DNA of 64,000 nt from Vicugna vicugna (GCA_013265495.1 MU058198.1:3050419-3114418), one strand, 5' to 3'; counted from the first letter of the stretch, positions 36,401 to 47,959 are shown. Numbers and translations are program-made. Notes: generated from the sequence alone by a model not told the origin.

Positions 36401-39400
36401 ACATACATATACCCATTCTTATTTTTGTGTCCCTAGGGGTCAGGACAGAAGCCAAAATATTTCCCCACCCTGCACAGATCAGCAGTTCTGGAATGCTGAC
36501 AGTGAAGGTGGAGAGCGAAAGGGGGGCCAGAGTGAGGAAGAGAGAAAGCAAGCACTCTGTTCATCCAGCTGAGGCTTTGAGGAGTTAAAGACCTCTATCC
36601 CACTCTAAAAAGGCCATTTGTCCCTACTGTCCCAGCCCCAGCTGCCTCAGGAGGCAACCTGAAATAACCCAGCTCTGAGTTTGATAAGCATCGTTGCGGA
36701 ATAAAGGGCCATCAAGGAATCAAAAAGCATAAAAAGTGAAATATGATTTCTCACAATCAGTTTCCTGAAAGCGGCCCATGGGCTGGTCTTCAAAGGAGAA
36801 GGACCCCCAGCCACCTTTGCCGGCTGCACGGGGCTAACCTGTGTGGCCAGACCCTCTCACCTAGACGCCAGGGTGTTGTACTGTCTCCCCAGGCAGGTAG
36901 CGCCTGTAGCTGACACTCTAGTCTCTGTGGCCAGCTTAGCAGAACCTAGGGGCTCAAAAGGATGCCTGATCAGGGAGCCTGCTGCCTGGAGAAGCTTATA
37001 AGGCAGCACTGAGTTGAGGTGCCCTCCAGGGGAGCCACTGCTTGGCATCTTTGTGCCCAGTTGCCAGCCCGGCCCTGGAATGTATTGGAAGCTCTAAATC
37101 TGTCTGCTATGCAGCTATTAGAGGAATGAAGTAAGTCTGTTTATTCTGTCCTGACACGGAAAGACACTATTGTTAGTGAGAAGGGGAGGTTGCAGGGCAA
37201 AGGGAATGTGTGAGTCTGTGTGTGACTGTCTGAGATGCAGATCTGACCTGTTGGAGTGGGACCCCTGGGGAAGAGAGGAAACCAGACAGCCGCTTTCCTC
37301 TTTGCTTCTTCCGTTTAAATGTTTCACGGTGAGCACTGTCTATTACCCTGGAGGCACTTACAGTTAATTGAGGGAGACTAATGGGGCAGCAGTTGAATTA
37401 CAAGACAAACAGAAAGAGATTATACCACTTGTGTCGCCTGCAGTTTCTACCTGTGCCAACTTCTTGATTCCTCCCCCACCCACCCCCCTGCCTCCAATTA
37501 TCTTTCTCTCTATCCAGCCACTCTTCAGAGAAAAAAAAATTCTCTTCCCTCCCATAAATCTGCCATCCACTTTCCTTTTACCCTCTCTGCTCTCAGAAAA
37601 AAACAAAACAAAACTCTGTACACACACACACATACAAACACACACACGTACCCGGGAACCTAGCTATACACTGATCACAGTTTATATTCTATTGTTACTC
37701 CTCCTTGGGAGACATTATCCTTTTTTTCCTTAATTGGCTGGTCTGGATTATTTATTGTAGTGACAGATGTTAAGCTAGAACCGAATTTAGTAAGCCACAA
37801 GAAAACATAATTTAATAAGGCTTTCAAACTGCAGGTTATGATGCTCTCACCTCCTCTGATCAGAGTATCATTCTGCTCTGCTGGGCATTCCTTAGTCCTC
37901 TCCGAGAAAGTCCATTTTTCCAAGTCAGCTTCTGGGACCTGGAAGACAAGAGGGTAGAAAATGAGTCCTTCACTGGGACAACCATCCCAAGCGGTACAGT
38001 CACTGCTCATCCTTCTGATCCTTCCTGCCCCCCAACCCTGCGAGGTCTCCAATGGCTCTCCACTGTCCTGAAAACCAAATCCACACCCAAATCTCTCAGC
38101 GCAACATAGGAGGACAGCAGGATTTAGCCTTGGCATCCCTCTCTGACTTCATCTTCAGCGACCGCTCTCCCTTTTCCCACATCCCAGTCACCCTGGGCCC
38201 TCCTCTGCCTCCAGTCTTGCTGTTCCCTCCACCTAATCCTTCTCCTCCATTTCTTGGCAAGTTACCATTCCATGTCAACCAACGTGTCCTTTTCTCAAAG
38301 ACATCTTCCCTATTCACTTTCGGAAAGACTGCCCCCTCCTCCCAAACCCACCAGTCTCTCTCCCCAGTTCATTGATCACTATCAAAAGCTACCCAAAATT
38401 CCTTATTCATTTGCTTTTTGACCTTCTGTCTACCCCACTAGAATGTGCGTTCCGCGAGAGGAGGGAACTTGTCTGTTTCAATCACTGTGGATTCCGCACT
38501 GCCTAGAATAGCACCAGGCACCTAGGAGGTGCTCAATAAATTTTTGTTTAAGGAAGGACTGGATGGCTGCGCAGCCCCAGAGGCTGCCGGCAATGCCCCC
38601 TGCCTGGGTCCGGGGCAAGGGCAGGGCTGAATATGTGCTGCTGTGATTACAGACGGAGTCCTTCAAGCTGAGTGAGCCTTACAGCCAGTGCACAGAGGAT
38701 GGGAGTGAAGTGCCAATCCAGAACATCTACAATGCTTCATATTCCCTCCAGGTACAGGCTGGAGCCGGCGCTCAGCCCTGAGTTGTGGCCCGGACCCAGG
38801 AGACAAAGTTATATATGGGCTGGGGTGTGTCTGGAACCAGGAACCGTGGTGAGAATCCCTGGAGTTCATCCAAGGACCTCAGGAACAAATGATGCCGGCT
38901 GGTTCCAGTCCTTTTCCAGCCGTCTGTAACCAGAGCTTAACTGATGCACTGAGGTTTGCATGGAACACAGTGTACAGCTGAGACAGGCCCGCTTCCTAAA
39001 TGGGCCTTGGCAAGTGAGGACAGAAGGAAGCAGTCTGGGAGAGGCACTGGCTGAGGGGTCAAGGGCTGGGCTCCTGGGCCCATTGGTGACCTTCACTCTC
39101 TCACGGCTTTGGGCAAGTTGTGTCATCCACAAGAGATACCGGGGGGAGTTTGGATTGAATCAGGGGCTGCTAATCGGCAGCTCCCAGGCCCCTTCCAGCC
39201 TGCTCACCTGGTTTTTCTGGACGGTGTTTAAAAGTCAGGAAATTTCACAAGAAAACCTAGATTTCTAGCTTCTCTTGAAAAACAAGATCTGGCAACACTG
39301 GGCCCATATTCTACAGGATAAACAGTGGGTGGACTTGTCTCATCAAACGAGACACGTTCTCTGGTTCCGCACAGTCCCCACCACCCCCTAGTGTATTATT

Positions 39401-42400
39401 ACCTACATCAGCGTTTGAGTGTGACTACTTGTTATGCCTTGCCTCACCTGATGGGAGTCTGCAGTTCACCTCTCACCAGGACACACAGACGGTCACTGAG
39501 ATTCATCCCAGCAGGCGCCCAAGAGGACCAGGCACTCTCCGCGCTGAGTCCTCTAGCTTAGATCAGAGCTGGGTGGAGAGATGTTGGAGACACTCAATGA
39601 AGAGAGACTAGCAGTCAGAAAATGTCTGCCTGTAAGAAATAGAAATACAATCCAACTGACTTCAAGACCAAAAAAAAAAAAATTCAGTTCATTGATAAGA
39701 CACTCTGGATAATATTTAGTGAGAGGCTGTCATTTACAAATCCTTTACATATTTTAATTCATTTCATACTCACAACCACCTCATAAAGTGGATCTTATTA
39801 TTTTATTTCCAAACTGAAGAAAGCAAAGCATCAGAGAGATCAAGTAACTTGCCTGAGGTCAAACAGCTGGGATGTGGCAGAGCTGGGATTTAGACTGGAG
39901 TAAGCAGCCTGCCATCGGAGCCCCTGCTGTTAGACTTTATGCTACAAGTTTTGTGGGTGTCATAGTAGTTCATGATCCCCCGGCATCCTACACGGAGGGC
40001 TTGGACCTGAGAATCGGAAGATCAGAGCTGGGTGGAGAGATGTTGGAGACACTCAATGAAGAGAGACTAGCAGTCAGAAAATGTCTGCCTGTAAGAAATA
40101 GAAATACAATCCAACTGACTTCAAGACCAAAAAAAAAAAATTCAGTTCATTGATAAGACACTCTGGATAATATTTAGTGAGAGGCTGTCATTTACAAATC
40201 CTTTACATATTTTAATTCATTTCATACTCACAACCACCTCATAAAGTGGATCTTATTATTTTATTTCCAAACTGAAGAAAGCAAAGCATCAGAGAGATCA
40301 AGTAACTTGCCTGAGGTCAAACAGCTGGGATGTGGCAGAGCTGGGATTTAGACTGGAGTAAGCAGCCTGCCATCGGAGCCCCTGCTGTTAGACTTTATGC
40401 TACAAGTTTTGTGGGTGTCATAGTAGTTCATGATCCCCCGGCATCCTACACGGAGGGCTTGGACCTGAGAATCGGAAAGTTGGGGACTGTGTTTCCCACG
40501 TATCTCTGGGTCAACACTCACATGATGGAAAATGACCACCCCAGACCAACTCCAGTTCAGCCTGGCCTCTACATCTCAGTTTAAATTCTAAATGAATTTT
40601 CTAGCTTTGTCCCTTTAGAGTCAGGGGACCACCCCAGCCCAGTCGGCTGTGACATGAGGGGCACATTTATGTACTCTGCCAAGGCGGTGGGAGACCGACC
40701 CTCTGACTGAGGGATGTAGGGAGGGAGCGCTCCCGCATCCACGTGCAGGGAGATGAAGGGAATGTCTGGGTCTTGTCTTTTAGATCTGCCTTCACTCGTG
40801 CTTCCAGGCGAAGATGGTGGAGAAATGTGGGTGTGCCCAGTACAGCAAGCCTCTACCTCCAAAAGTCAACTATTGCAACTACCAGCAGCACCCCAACTGG
40901 AGTGAGTGAGACTCACCCCAGCCTTGCACGCCCCAGGAGCGGGGTCAGCCCCGCTCTGGCAACAGCTAGGCCGCTCCAGGGACCCAGCCCCTATGGCCTT
41001 TGGCCTGAGGGAGGTATTGATAGATGTTGACCAGAGTTTCACTCCTGTTTTCAAGTCTGGCTTAATCATACCTTTTGATTAAGGACCAAATGCTACACCT
41101 CAGCTTGTGCTAAGACCTTGACCACCTCCGTCAACTCCAGGAGATAGGAACTATTATACTACCCTTTCACAGAACAGGTAACTGCCGCTCAGAAAGGTTA
41201 AGCAACTTGCGTGAGGTCACACAGCCAGGGAGCAGCAAAGCTAGACCCAAAGCAAGGACTGCCAACCGCACCCCCCTCCCCCATCTCATGACCTTAACCA
41301 TGGCAGTATTCTGTCTCTCAAAATCACAGGCAGAAATTACTTCCGGAAAACCAGGGTTTGTAGAAATTGGGAGGTGAAATTATTAAAAGGAGACTGTTGG
41401 GGACACCACTGGAAAGCCCTGGGAAGGGCCCTGTGGCCCCAAAGCTCATGCTGCCCTCACCTTGCCCCTCAGTGTACTGCTTCTACCAACTGCACCAGGC
41501 CTTCGTACGGGAAGAGCTGGGCTGCCAGTCGGTGTGCCGGGAAGCCTGCAGGTAAGTGGACCTGGAGGGATGGGATGAGTAGGGCTGGACTGGGCCAGGC
41601 CAGCCTCACTCACTCCGTGTGCCCTTCTTTGCTTAGCTTTAAAGAGTGGTCACTGACCACCAGCCTGGCGCAGTGGCCATCTGAGGTTTCCGAGGTAAGT
41701 CCTCTGCCCACTCTTCCCACGCAAGCCCTTGTCTTGGAGCATGGTGTCCTGGCTGTGTCCTCTGGCCTCGGGGTGATCCACAGGAGAGGCTGGGGTCAGG
41801 GGCTAAGGCTGAGAGGGGAGGGCAGACAGGCTGGCTCTGGCCTCTCCAGGCATCCCCAGGCCACTTGTTTCTCCATTTCAGAAATGGTTACTGTCCGTTC
41901 TCACTTGGGACCAAAGCCAGCAAATAAAGAAAAAACTCAACAAGTAAGTTGACCTCCATCCTGCTTTCTCTGCCAGCCCTGGTCCCAGCCTCCTCACTTG
42001 ATTCCTCAGTGACAAACCCTCTCCTTTTTGTTCATTCATTCACTCATTTACTCCTTTATTCAACAAGTATGTATTGAATTCTTACCATGAGCCAGGCCCT
42101 GCTCTAGGCCTGGGGCTCTCAAACTTTCTGACCACCACCCACGACATGAGAATACTTTTTCCACTGTGGCCCATTGAATACATAACCAAAAGTCTCACGA
42201 AACAGCACTTCCTTATGATGTGCAATGCATTCGGGCTGATTTTCAGATGTTGCACATTCGTGTAACCAAGCCAATTGTTTACATCCATCCCACTTAAGTA
42301 ACCTATTATTTTTTCCAACTTTTCCTGAAAGAGCAAAAACTCTGGCAAGAGCAAACCTCCATTTTTGCAAAACACCAAAGATCTGAGTAATGGCTGCCCC

Positions 42401-44014
42401 TTCGGCATAAGCATGAACTTTCCAGCTTGCCACGGTCCTAACAGGAGGCAATTTAGTACAGCAGTTACAAGCACAAACTTTGAAGCCAGATCTAGCTAGG
42501 TTTGAATACCAGCTCTGCCAATCATAAGCTGTGTAGTCTTGGGCAAGTTACTTAACCAATCTGTGTCTCAATTTCCATATCTGTAAAATGGGGATGATTA
42601 AAACATAACCGACCTCATGGGGTTGTTGTGAGAATTAAATTAGTTAATTCACAGAGGGAGGGTATAGCTCAGTGGTAGAGTGCAGGCCTAGCATGCATGA
42701 GGTCCTGAGTTCAATTTCCAACACCTCCATTAAAATAAATAGAACTTAATTACCACCCCCCCCTAAAAAAACCACCATAAATTAGTTAATTCCCGTAAAG
42801 TTCTTAGAACACTGCTTGGCAACACAGGAAGTGGTCAGTAAGTGCTAGCTGTTGTTGTTATGGTTATCATCAACATTACCTTATACCCAGCCTACCTCAG
42901 TCATTTACATTATCTGCCTGTTTCCTGTATGTATTGGAGATTGCAATCAAACAATCACAATGTCAAGGTTTGAGTGCGATGGAAGTGCAACTGGGTCGGG
43001 GGTGGGTAGTGACTTAGTCTAGAGGTGGGGAAATGGTTTTTGAGTGAACGAATGGCCTAAACAACCAAGTCCACGCTGGGGACGTGTTCTGCGGAGCAGA
43101 AGGAACTCTGTGGACCAGGTTCTAAGACCCCCATGGAGCTCAGAGCCTAGGCCATGCTGGGGGCAGGGCGGGAGAGTGACAGCCATGCTGAAGGGCTGGC
43201 CACCTGGTAGAGTACAGAGGCATTCAATTCACCTTGGCCTTGTCCATTGGAACTTTTACAGGACAGACTTGGCCAAACTCTTGATATTCTACAAAGACCT
43301 GAACCAGAGATCCATCATGGAGAGCCCCGCCAACAGCGTGAGTGACTTCCGTCTGGGACCTGTCCTGGGTCTGGGAATGTGCCCTTCTGCCTGGCCTTGG
43401 GGAGCAGAGTCAGATTGTGGGGATCCAGCCTGAGCTATGAGGGCCACCAAAGGTCAACCAAGCTTCGGATCAGAGAGGGCAGAGTAAGAGGGAAAAGGAA
43501 ACCTGCTCCCATCTGCCTCCAGACCTGTTCAGGACCTGTTCAGGGCTAACCAGTGGTTCCCTTGGGAATCAGTGTGTTTGCAGAGGTCACCCTTGATGAT
43601 TTGACCTGGCCTCCCTTGCAGATCGAGATGCTTCTGTCCAACATCGGTGGCCAGCTGGGCCTGTGGATGAGCTGCTCTGTGGTCTGTGTCATTGAGATCA
43701 TCGAGGTCTTCTTCATCGACTCCCTCTCCATCATTGCCCGCCACCAGTGGCACAAAGCCAAGGAGTGGTGGGCCCGGAGACAGGCGCCTGCCTGCCCCGA
43801 GGCTCCTCCCCGCAGCCCTCAGGGCCAGGTCAACCCCGTCCTTGAGCTAGATGATGACCTGCCTACTTTCACCTCAGCCTTGTGTCTACCTCCAGCCCCA
43901 GGGGCCCAGGTGCCCGGCACGCCGCCCCCCAAATACAATACCTTGCGCTTGGAAAGGACCTTCTCCAGCCAACTCACAGATACCCAGGTGCCACCTGAGT
44001 CACCTGAGTCCTGA
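23018..44014 (+). CDS. SCNN1G: Epithelial sodium channel gamma subunit, spliced CDS join(23018-23334,25243-25552,26994-27184,28184-28287,30799-30962,38653-38751,40784-40901,41473-41551,41637-41694,41882-41943,43262-43337,43622-44014); 656 aa
   Basis: Starts MAPGEKIKAKIKKNLPV; contains NTNTHG, FPAVTICNINPY, RKRR, RKRK, Cys-rich thumb, GGQLGLWMSCS and PPPKY. Exon lengths 317,310,191,104,164,99,118,79,58,62,76,393 sum to 1971 nt with consistent phases; all introns GT-AG. Confidence 0.98.
23625..23681. repeat. (CA)n/(CG)n microsatellite
   Basis: acacac...gcgcgcgcgt...acacac. Confidence 0.9.
24408..24458. repeat. (GATA)n tetranucleotide microsatellite
   Basis: About 12 agat units. Confidence 0.95.
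25243..25552 (+). CDS. SCNN1G: SCNN1G exon 3 (furin site RKRR, inhibitory tract, RKRK site)
   Basis: ttggcag|G TAC AGC ... CAG CTG|GTGAGA; YSAVRDLLADLEQET...RKRR...RKRK...VVGFQL. Confidence 0.97.
26994..27184 (+). CDS. SCNN1G: SCNN1G exon 4
   Basis: ttacag|TGTTCC ... GCCAG|GTCAGT; CSNDTSDC...WYKLHYMNIMAQ...SCDAR. Confidence 0.97.
27468..27562. repeat. (GGAA)n-type polypurine tract
   Basis: ggaaggaagg... nearly pure purine. Confidence 0.9.
28184..28287 (+). CDS. SCNN1G: SCNN1G exon 5
   Basis: ccatag|GAAC ... TATG|GTAAGG; NFTLFHHPMYGNCYTFN...GGSEY. Confidence 0.97.
28850..29240 (-). mobile_element. MLT1A-like MaLR LTR in intron 5
   Basis: ggcttaaacaacagacattta...cacagttctggag...gattagggcccacccttatgacctcatttaacc. 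Confidence 0.78.
29760..30420 (-). mobile_element. L2 LINE fossil (intron 5)
   Basis: cattcatctacgaaatgtttatcgag...ttttaaaaggtccctctggctg. Confidence 0.6.
30799..30962 (+). CDS. SCNN1G: SCNN1G exon 6
   Basis: ctccag|GGCTG ... CTG|GTAAGA; GLQVILHINEEEYNPF...SIGMHL. Confidence 0.97.
34230..35070 (-). mobile_element. L2 LINE fossil (intron 6)
   Basis: atggatttgagagatatt...ggagctcaggagaaa...agagcagttttcagtag. Confidence 0.55.
36068..36200 (+). mobile_element. tRNA-derived SINE in intron 6
   Basis: gggagggtcgagctcagtg...gggttcaatccccagtacctcc; degenerate TSD aaagagg...gct(a/g)aga. Confidence 0.9.
38653..38751 (+). CDS. SCNN1G: SCNN1G exon 7
   Basis: ttacag|ACGGAG ... CAG|GTACAG; TESFKLSEPYSQCTEDGSEVPIQNIYNASYSLQ. 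Confidence 0.96.
39161..39430. mobile_element. MER102-like hAT fossil
   Basis: ggaaatttcacaagaaaacctagatttctagcttctcttgaaaaacaagatctggcaacactgggccc. Confidence 0.6.
39560..40476 (+). repeat. Direct tandem duplication, 2 x ~459 bp (39560-40018, 40019-40476), contains a MIR
   Basis: Copies identical by eye except A13 vs A12 homopolymer. Confidence 0.97.
40784..40901 (+). CDS. SCNN1G: SCNN1G exon 8
   Basis: ttttag|ATCTGC ... TGGA|GTGAGT; ICLHSCFQAKMVEKCGCAQYSKPLPPKVNYCNYQQHPNW. Confidence 0.96.
41473..41551 (+). CDS. SCNN1G: SCNN1G exon 9
   Basis: cctcag|TGTAC ... TGCAG|GTAAGT; MYCFYQLHQAFVREELGCQSVCREACS. Confidence 0.96.
41637..41694 (+). CDS. SCNN1G: SCNN1G exon 10
   Basis: gcttag|CTTT ... 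GAG|GTAAGT; FKEWSLTTSLAQWPSEVSE. Confidence 0.96.
41882..41943 (+). CDS. SCNN1G: SCNN1G exon 11
   Basis: tttcag|AAATGG ... AA|GTAAGT; KWLLSVLTWDQSQQIKKKLNK. Confidence 0.96.
42654..42780 (+). mobile_element. tRNA-derived SINE nested in a MIR (intron 11)
   Basis: gggagggtatagctcagtggtagag...; TSD aaattagttaattc. Confidence 0.9.
43262..43337 (+). CDS. SCNN1G: SCNN1G exon 12
   Basis: ttacag|GACA ... AGC|GTGAGT; TDLAKLLIFYKDLNQRSIMESPANS. Confidence 0.96.
43622..44014 (+). CDS. SCNN1G: SCNN1G exon 13 coding part (TM2, selectivity filter, PY motif, stop)
   Basis: ttgcag|ATCGAG; IEMLLSNIGGQLGLWMSCSVVC...PGTPPPKYNTLRL...PESPES*; PPPKY at 43922-43936; TGA ends at 44014. Confidence 0.97.
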   Translation: MEMLLSNIGGQLGLWMSCSVVCVIEIIEVFFIDSLSIIARHQWHKAKEWWARRQAPACPEAPPRSPQGQVNPVLELDDDLPTFTSALCLPPAPGAQVPGTPPPKYNTLRLERTFSSQLTDTQVPPESPES

Positions 44015-44983
44015 GACAAGGTGGGGGAGAAAGATCGAGCCAGGATCACCAGCCCTGGTCTGAGAACGCAGACCCTGTCTCTTGCACCCAGAGGGGACCC
44101 TCTGCACACCCTCTGGGCTCTTCAGAGACATTGACTACAAGTCTGCTTTGAACAAGATGGGGCCTGGGTGTGTGCAGGGGACCTGTTGGACCCTGCCCAG
44201 CCACACTCACAGCTGCCCAGGATGAGACAGATCCTGCAGCCTAAACCCTTGGCACATCTGCTATGGAGAGAGATGGGGCCAGGGAAATGCAGTTAGCCTG
44301 GGCAGAGGCCAGGAATGAAGCCGGACAGAGTTCTTCGCCAGATCTGGAGTGGGAAAAACTCCTTCAAAGCCCCAAGCGGGGGGTTTCAGCCACTCCCCCA
44401 GCCTAGGCCGAGGCCCAAGGATGTGACCTTAGGTATCAAGGCCAGACAAGCACTGCCTGGTGCCAAAGATAGGAGGAAGCTGTAGGCCTGGAGCTGGAGC
44501 TGTTTGTGACTGACACTGGGCGGAGGTCTGCCCTGTGCCTTTAGGCAAGGAGCTGGCCCAAGGTTCCTGGGGTGTGTAGAGGGGAGGGGTGTGCTGGACG
44601 GAGGTCTAGGGGTGGGACCGGAGGTCCTTACTCTGGGATGGGGGTGGGGCATCTTCTGGGCGGCTAAGCCAGCGCTCTGGGCCCCTTCCCCAGGTAGAGA
44701 AGGACCAGTTAAAGGACATTGTGGACAATCCTGTCCAGTGGTAGCCCAAGGCATAACAGATCATCTCCTTACCTCAGTGGCTCTTCCTCCAAGACAGTCT
44801 CCCTACCCCCACCAATGGCCTGCCCCTCCCCCACCAGCCAGCCACCTCCGATAACCATCTCCTCCCAGACTCACACCTTCCAAGGTGATAAGAGCTAACA
44901 CGCATTAAGTACAGAGCAGGTGCTCAGTGTCAGCTCAGGGACAATACGCTGAGTGCTGTTCTAAGCACTTACAGAGAGCAGCC

Positions 44984-45323
44984 CAGGGAACGGCCAACTA
45001 CAACCCACATGCCAACTCCTGTTTTAGCCTGTGACTGAAGAATGGGTTGGGTTGGGTTTTTTTTTTCCACTTTTAAATGGTTAAAAATATCAGAAGAAGA
45101 ACATTTTGTGACTCATGAAAATGATACGCAATTCAAATTTCAGTGTCCATAAATAAAGTTTTATTGGAACACAGTCACGCGCACTGATCCACCAGTCGTC
45201 TCTGGCTGCGTCTGCGCTCTCACAGCTGGCAGAGTTGAGTAGCCCCAGGAGAGGCTCTCTGACCCCCCAAAGCCTAAAGCATTTATTCTCTGGCTGCTGT
45301 CAGGAAAAACCTGCCAGCCCCTG
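44984..45323 (+). mobile_element. MER58B-like hAT-Charlie DNA transposon fossil nested in a MIR
   Basis: CAGGG...CCCCTG termini; internal ttcaaatttcagtgtccataaataaagttttattggaacacag and ggcagagttgagtag recognised as MER58; MIR sequence continues at ~45330-45470. Confidence 0.8.
45152..45157 (+). terminator. Probable SCNN1G polyadenylation signal AATAAA
   Basis: First canonical AATAAA I found after the stop (~1.14 kb); lies inside a MER58 element. Confidence 0.6.
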
Positions 45324-47959
45324 GATTAGCACATTAAGTAGATGTAAGTAGATCTCCATCCGTCGTACAGATAAAGGAACTGAGGCATAGAAAGGTGGAG
45401 TGACTCGCCCAGGGTGACACAGCTAGGAAATCGCAGGGCTGGGATTCAGACCCAGGCAGTGTGACTTCAGATCCCATGCACTTTATGACTCCACCATTTT
45501 GCATCCAGTCAGTGTCTGTGACTTTTAAGGGTGAGGCTCAGGTCAGTTCGGATGGAACCCAAGGACGACTGCTAGTGGAGGCAGGAGTCTTGGTGAAAGA
45601 GCAGAGATTGGGGAACCCTACCTGGGACCAGGGACACCTAGTCCAACCCAACCTCCGACCTGCGGTCACCCCATCTCTGCCCTGTGCAGTGTTCCTCTGG
45701 CCCTCACAGGTGGGGTGCGGCTTGGAGGCGGGGCAGCCAGCAGGGAGAAGGTCACTGTGACCCCAGGCTGGCTGTAGCTCCCCTGAGGAGTGGGCTCAGA
45801 AGCCAGGGCTGATGCAGGCAAGCATCAGATTACAGAAGGCGAGAGCCTGGCTCCTGTCCATGCTGGGCCGGGGTGGCTGCAGCCAGCGCCGACAGGGAGG
45901 GAACTTGCAATGGATGCCTGCCTGGGCATCGCCCAGAGAGAGCTTCCTCCTCCTCCCCCAAGCCAGGAGGGGTGGGGGCTGTACCCTCAGGTTCGTGGAA
46001 TTGACCCGCCTCAGCCTGACGTCACGGGCAGGAACATTTTCAGCGAGGCTGGGGTTTTGCTGGCTTTGTCAAAGGCGAGGCCAAAAGCATCTGGAGGCAA
46101 CAGCCACCCATTTCTCTGCCAGCACACGTGTGCACACCCGACGGCTCCAGCCATCTCCTTCCTGCTGCCAGTATCCTACCTCTGGGCTTGTGCGCCTGCA
46201 ATGCCAAATGTTGTCCTCTCTCCTGCCCCACTCCTCCTCCCAGGTACAAGCGTCACCACCTCTGTGAAGTCCTCCCATAACTTCCCTTATCCCAGGAAGC
46301 TGGAATTTCCTGTTATAGAATTTGCATTCCCGAATATAATTTTTATCCATCTGTCAGTCTCTCTCATTAAACAGTGAATGCTTTGAGGGCAGGAGTTGTG
46401 CCTTATCTCTTTGTCCCCAGACTGGGGCAGGGGTGAGTACAGAGATGGAGTTCAGGAAAAGTTTATAGAGCTAATAAAAACAATAACAATCATAATAATG
46501 GCTCATATTTGTTGAGCACTTACTGTGGGCCCGGGAGTCTGCCGAGAACTTCACATGCATGTTTGCGGATTTCTCACCGCGCAGGCGTTCTTGCAAAGAA
46601 GGAAACTGAAGCACAGAGAGTTCTCCTCGTGGCCTCACTGCTAGTAACTGGTGGACCCAGGCCTGCCCCCCAGAGCTGGTGTATTTAACCACCGTGTGGG
46701 CTGCCTTTCAGATGGAAGCTTTTCCCCAGAGGTCAAGTCCATCTGTCCCTGGGCAAGTCCCCTCTGGTCCTCTCTGGCTTCAGGTCCAGCCTGCTCAGCC
46801 GAAGGGCATTCTTGTGCTCGGACAGAGGTGGGGGCGGGGGAGAAATGCTTCATTCCAGGCCCGTTGGGAGGCAACCACGTGGCCAGGTGTTACTGACGCC
46901 AAGGGACCACGGCTCCGAGGGCGTGGAGATGTTTGTCCTTGATGCGCCCTTGTTCTCAGACTGAGCTACTGAACTCACTGCCTTTCTGACTTCCCTTCTG
47001 GGCCCCTGAGTCCCAGACCCAAGTGTCCCACAGCCCAGAGGACATCTCCCTAATGACAGAGATGCCTCAAACTCAACATGTCTCCCCTGAGCCTGTACCC
47101 CAAGAGGTGAGATTGGAGAAGGACTCCAAACTCTCCTGCGGTTGAAGACTCAGGAGAGAGATCTGGGCCAGACGGAGATTTGTGGGATTCAAAGGTGTGG
47201 GTGAGGTCACCAAGGAAGAAAAGCAAGTCAAAGAGGAGGAGATGTCGAGGACGGAGGCCATGGGATCTCTACGTTTAAGATGCAGCTGGAGCATAAGACA
47301 GAGCCCAGACAAAAGATGAGGCTGCAGGAGGCTTCCCTCCCAGGTCTCCCAGTCTCCCAGCTCTCCTCCCTCCCATCTTGACTCCAAGATATGCCAGGAG
47401 GATGTCCCCACAGGGCAAGCCGTCACAGTCGTCGCGCTTAGATGTCCCTGATGGCTTCCCATCACCTCAGCTACATTCTCAGGTCACAGGGTTTACCACA
47501 CGGTGGTGACTTTAGGTGACCCACAAACTTAACTGCTATGCCAAACTCTGCTGTCTTTCTCCACTGATCCTTGGAGACAAGGCGGAGGTGTCACCACCTC
47601 AGTGAAGTGTGCCTTGATCCCTTCCCTTGCCCCCGCAAGCTGGAGCATTATGTACCATTGACTGACAGAAGAAACCATCTCATTCTTCAATGTACAAAGA
47701 CATCAAGTCCCAGTTTGGGGCTTGTGGGCCTCTCTCTTGTGCTCTCTGACGCGTGCTAAGCTCTCTTTTCTAACAGAGAGCTTCCCCAGCGGCTGCAACT
47801 TTCTGGCTATCAGAGCCAAACTTGACTGCATCACTGTGTTTTTCCTGTCTGCGTTGTCCCAGTTACCTTCTGCTTCTAAGAAGCAATACTGGTGCTTCCT
47901 TTAGTTTCTACTGGTTTGACAAGTGTTTATTCACTTAACAGCTGTTTACTGAGCACTGC

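Noticed and set aside
39560..40476. CRISPR-like or exon-duplicating interpretation of the tandem repeat
   Set aside because: Only two long units with no spacers, in eukaryotic intronic DNA; no SCNN1G exon lies inside it.
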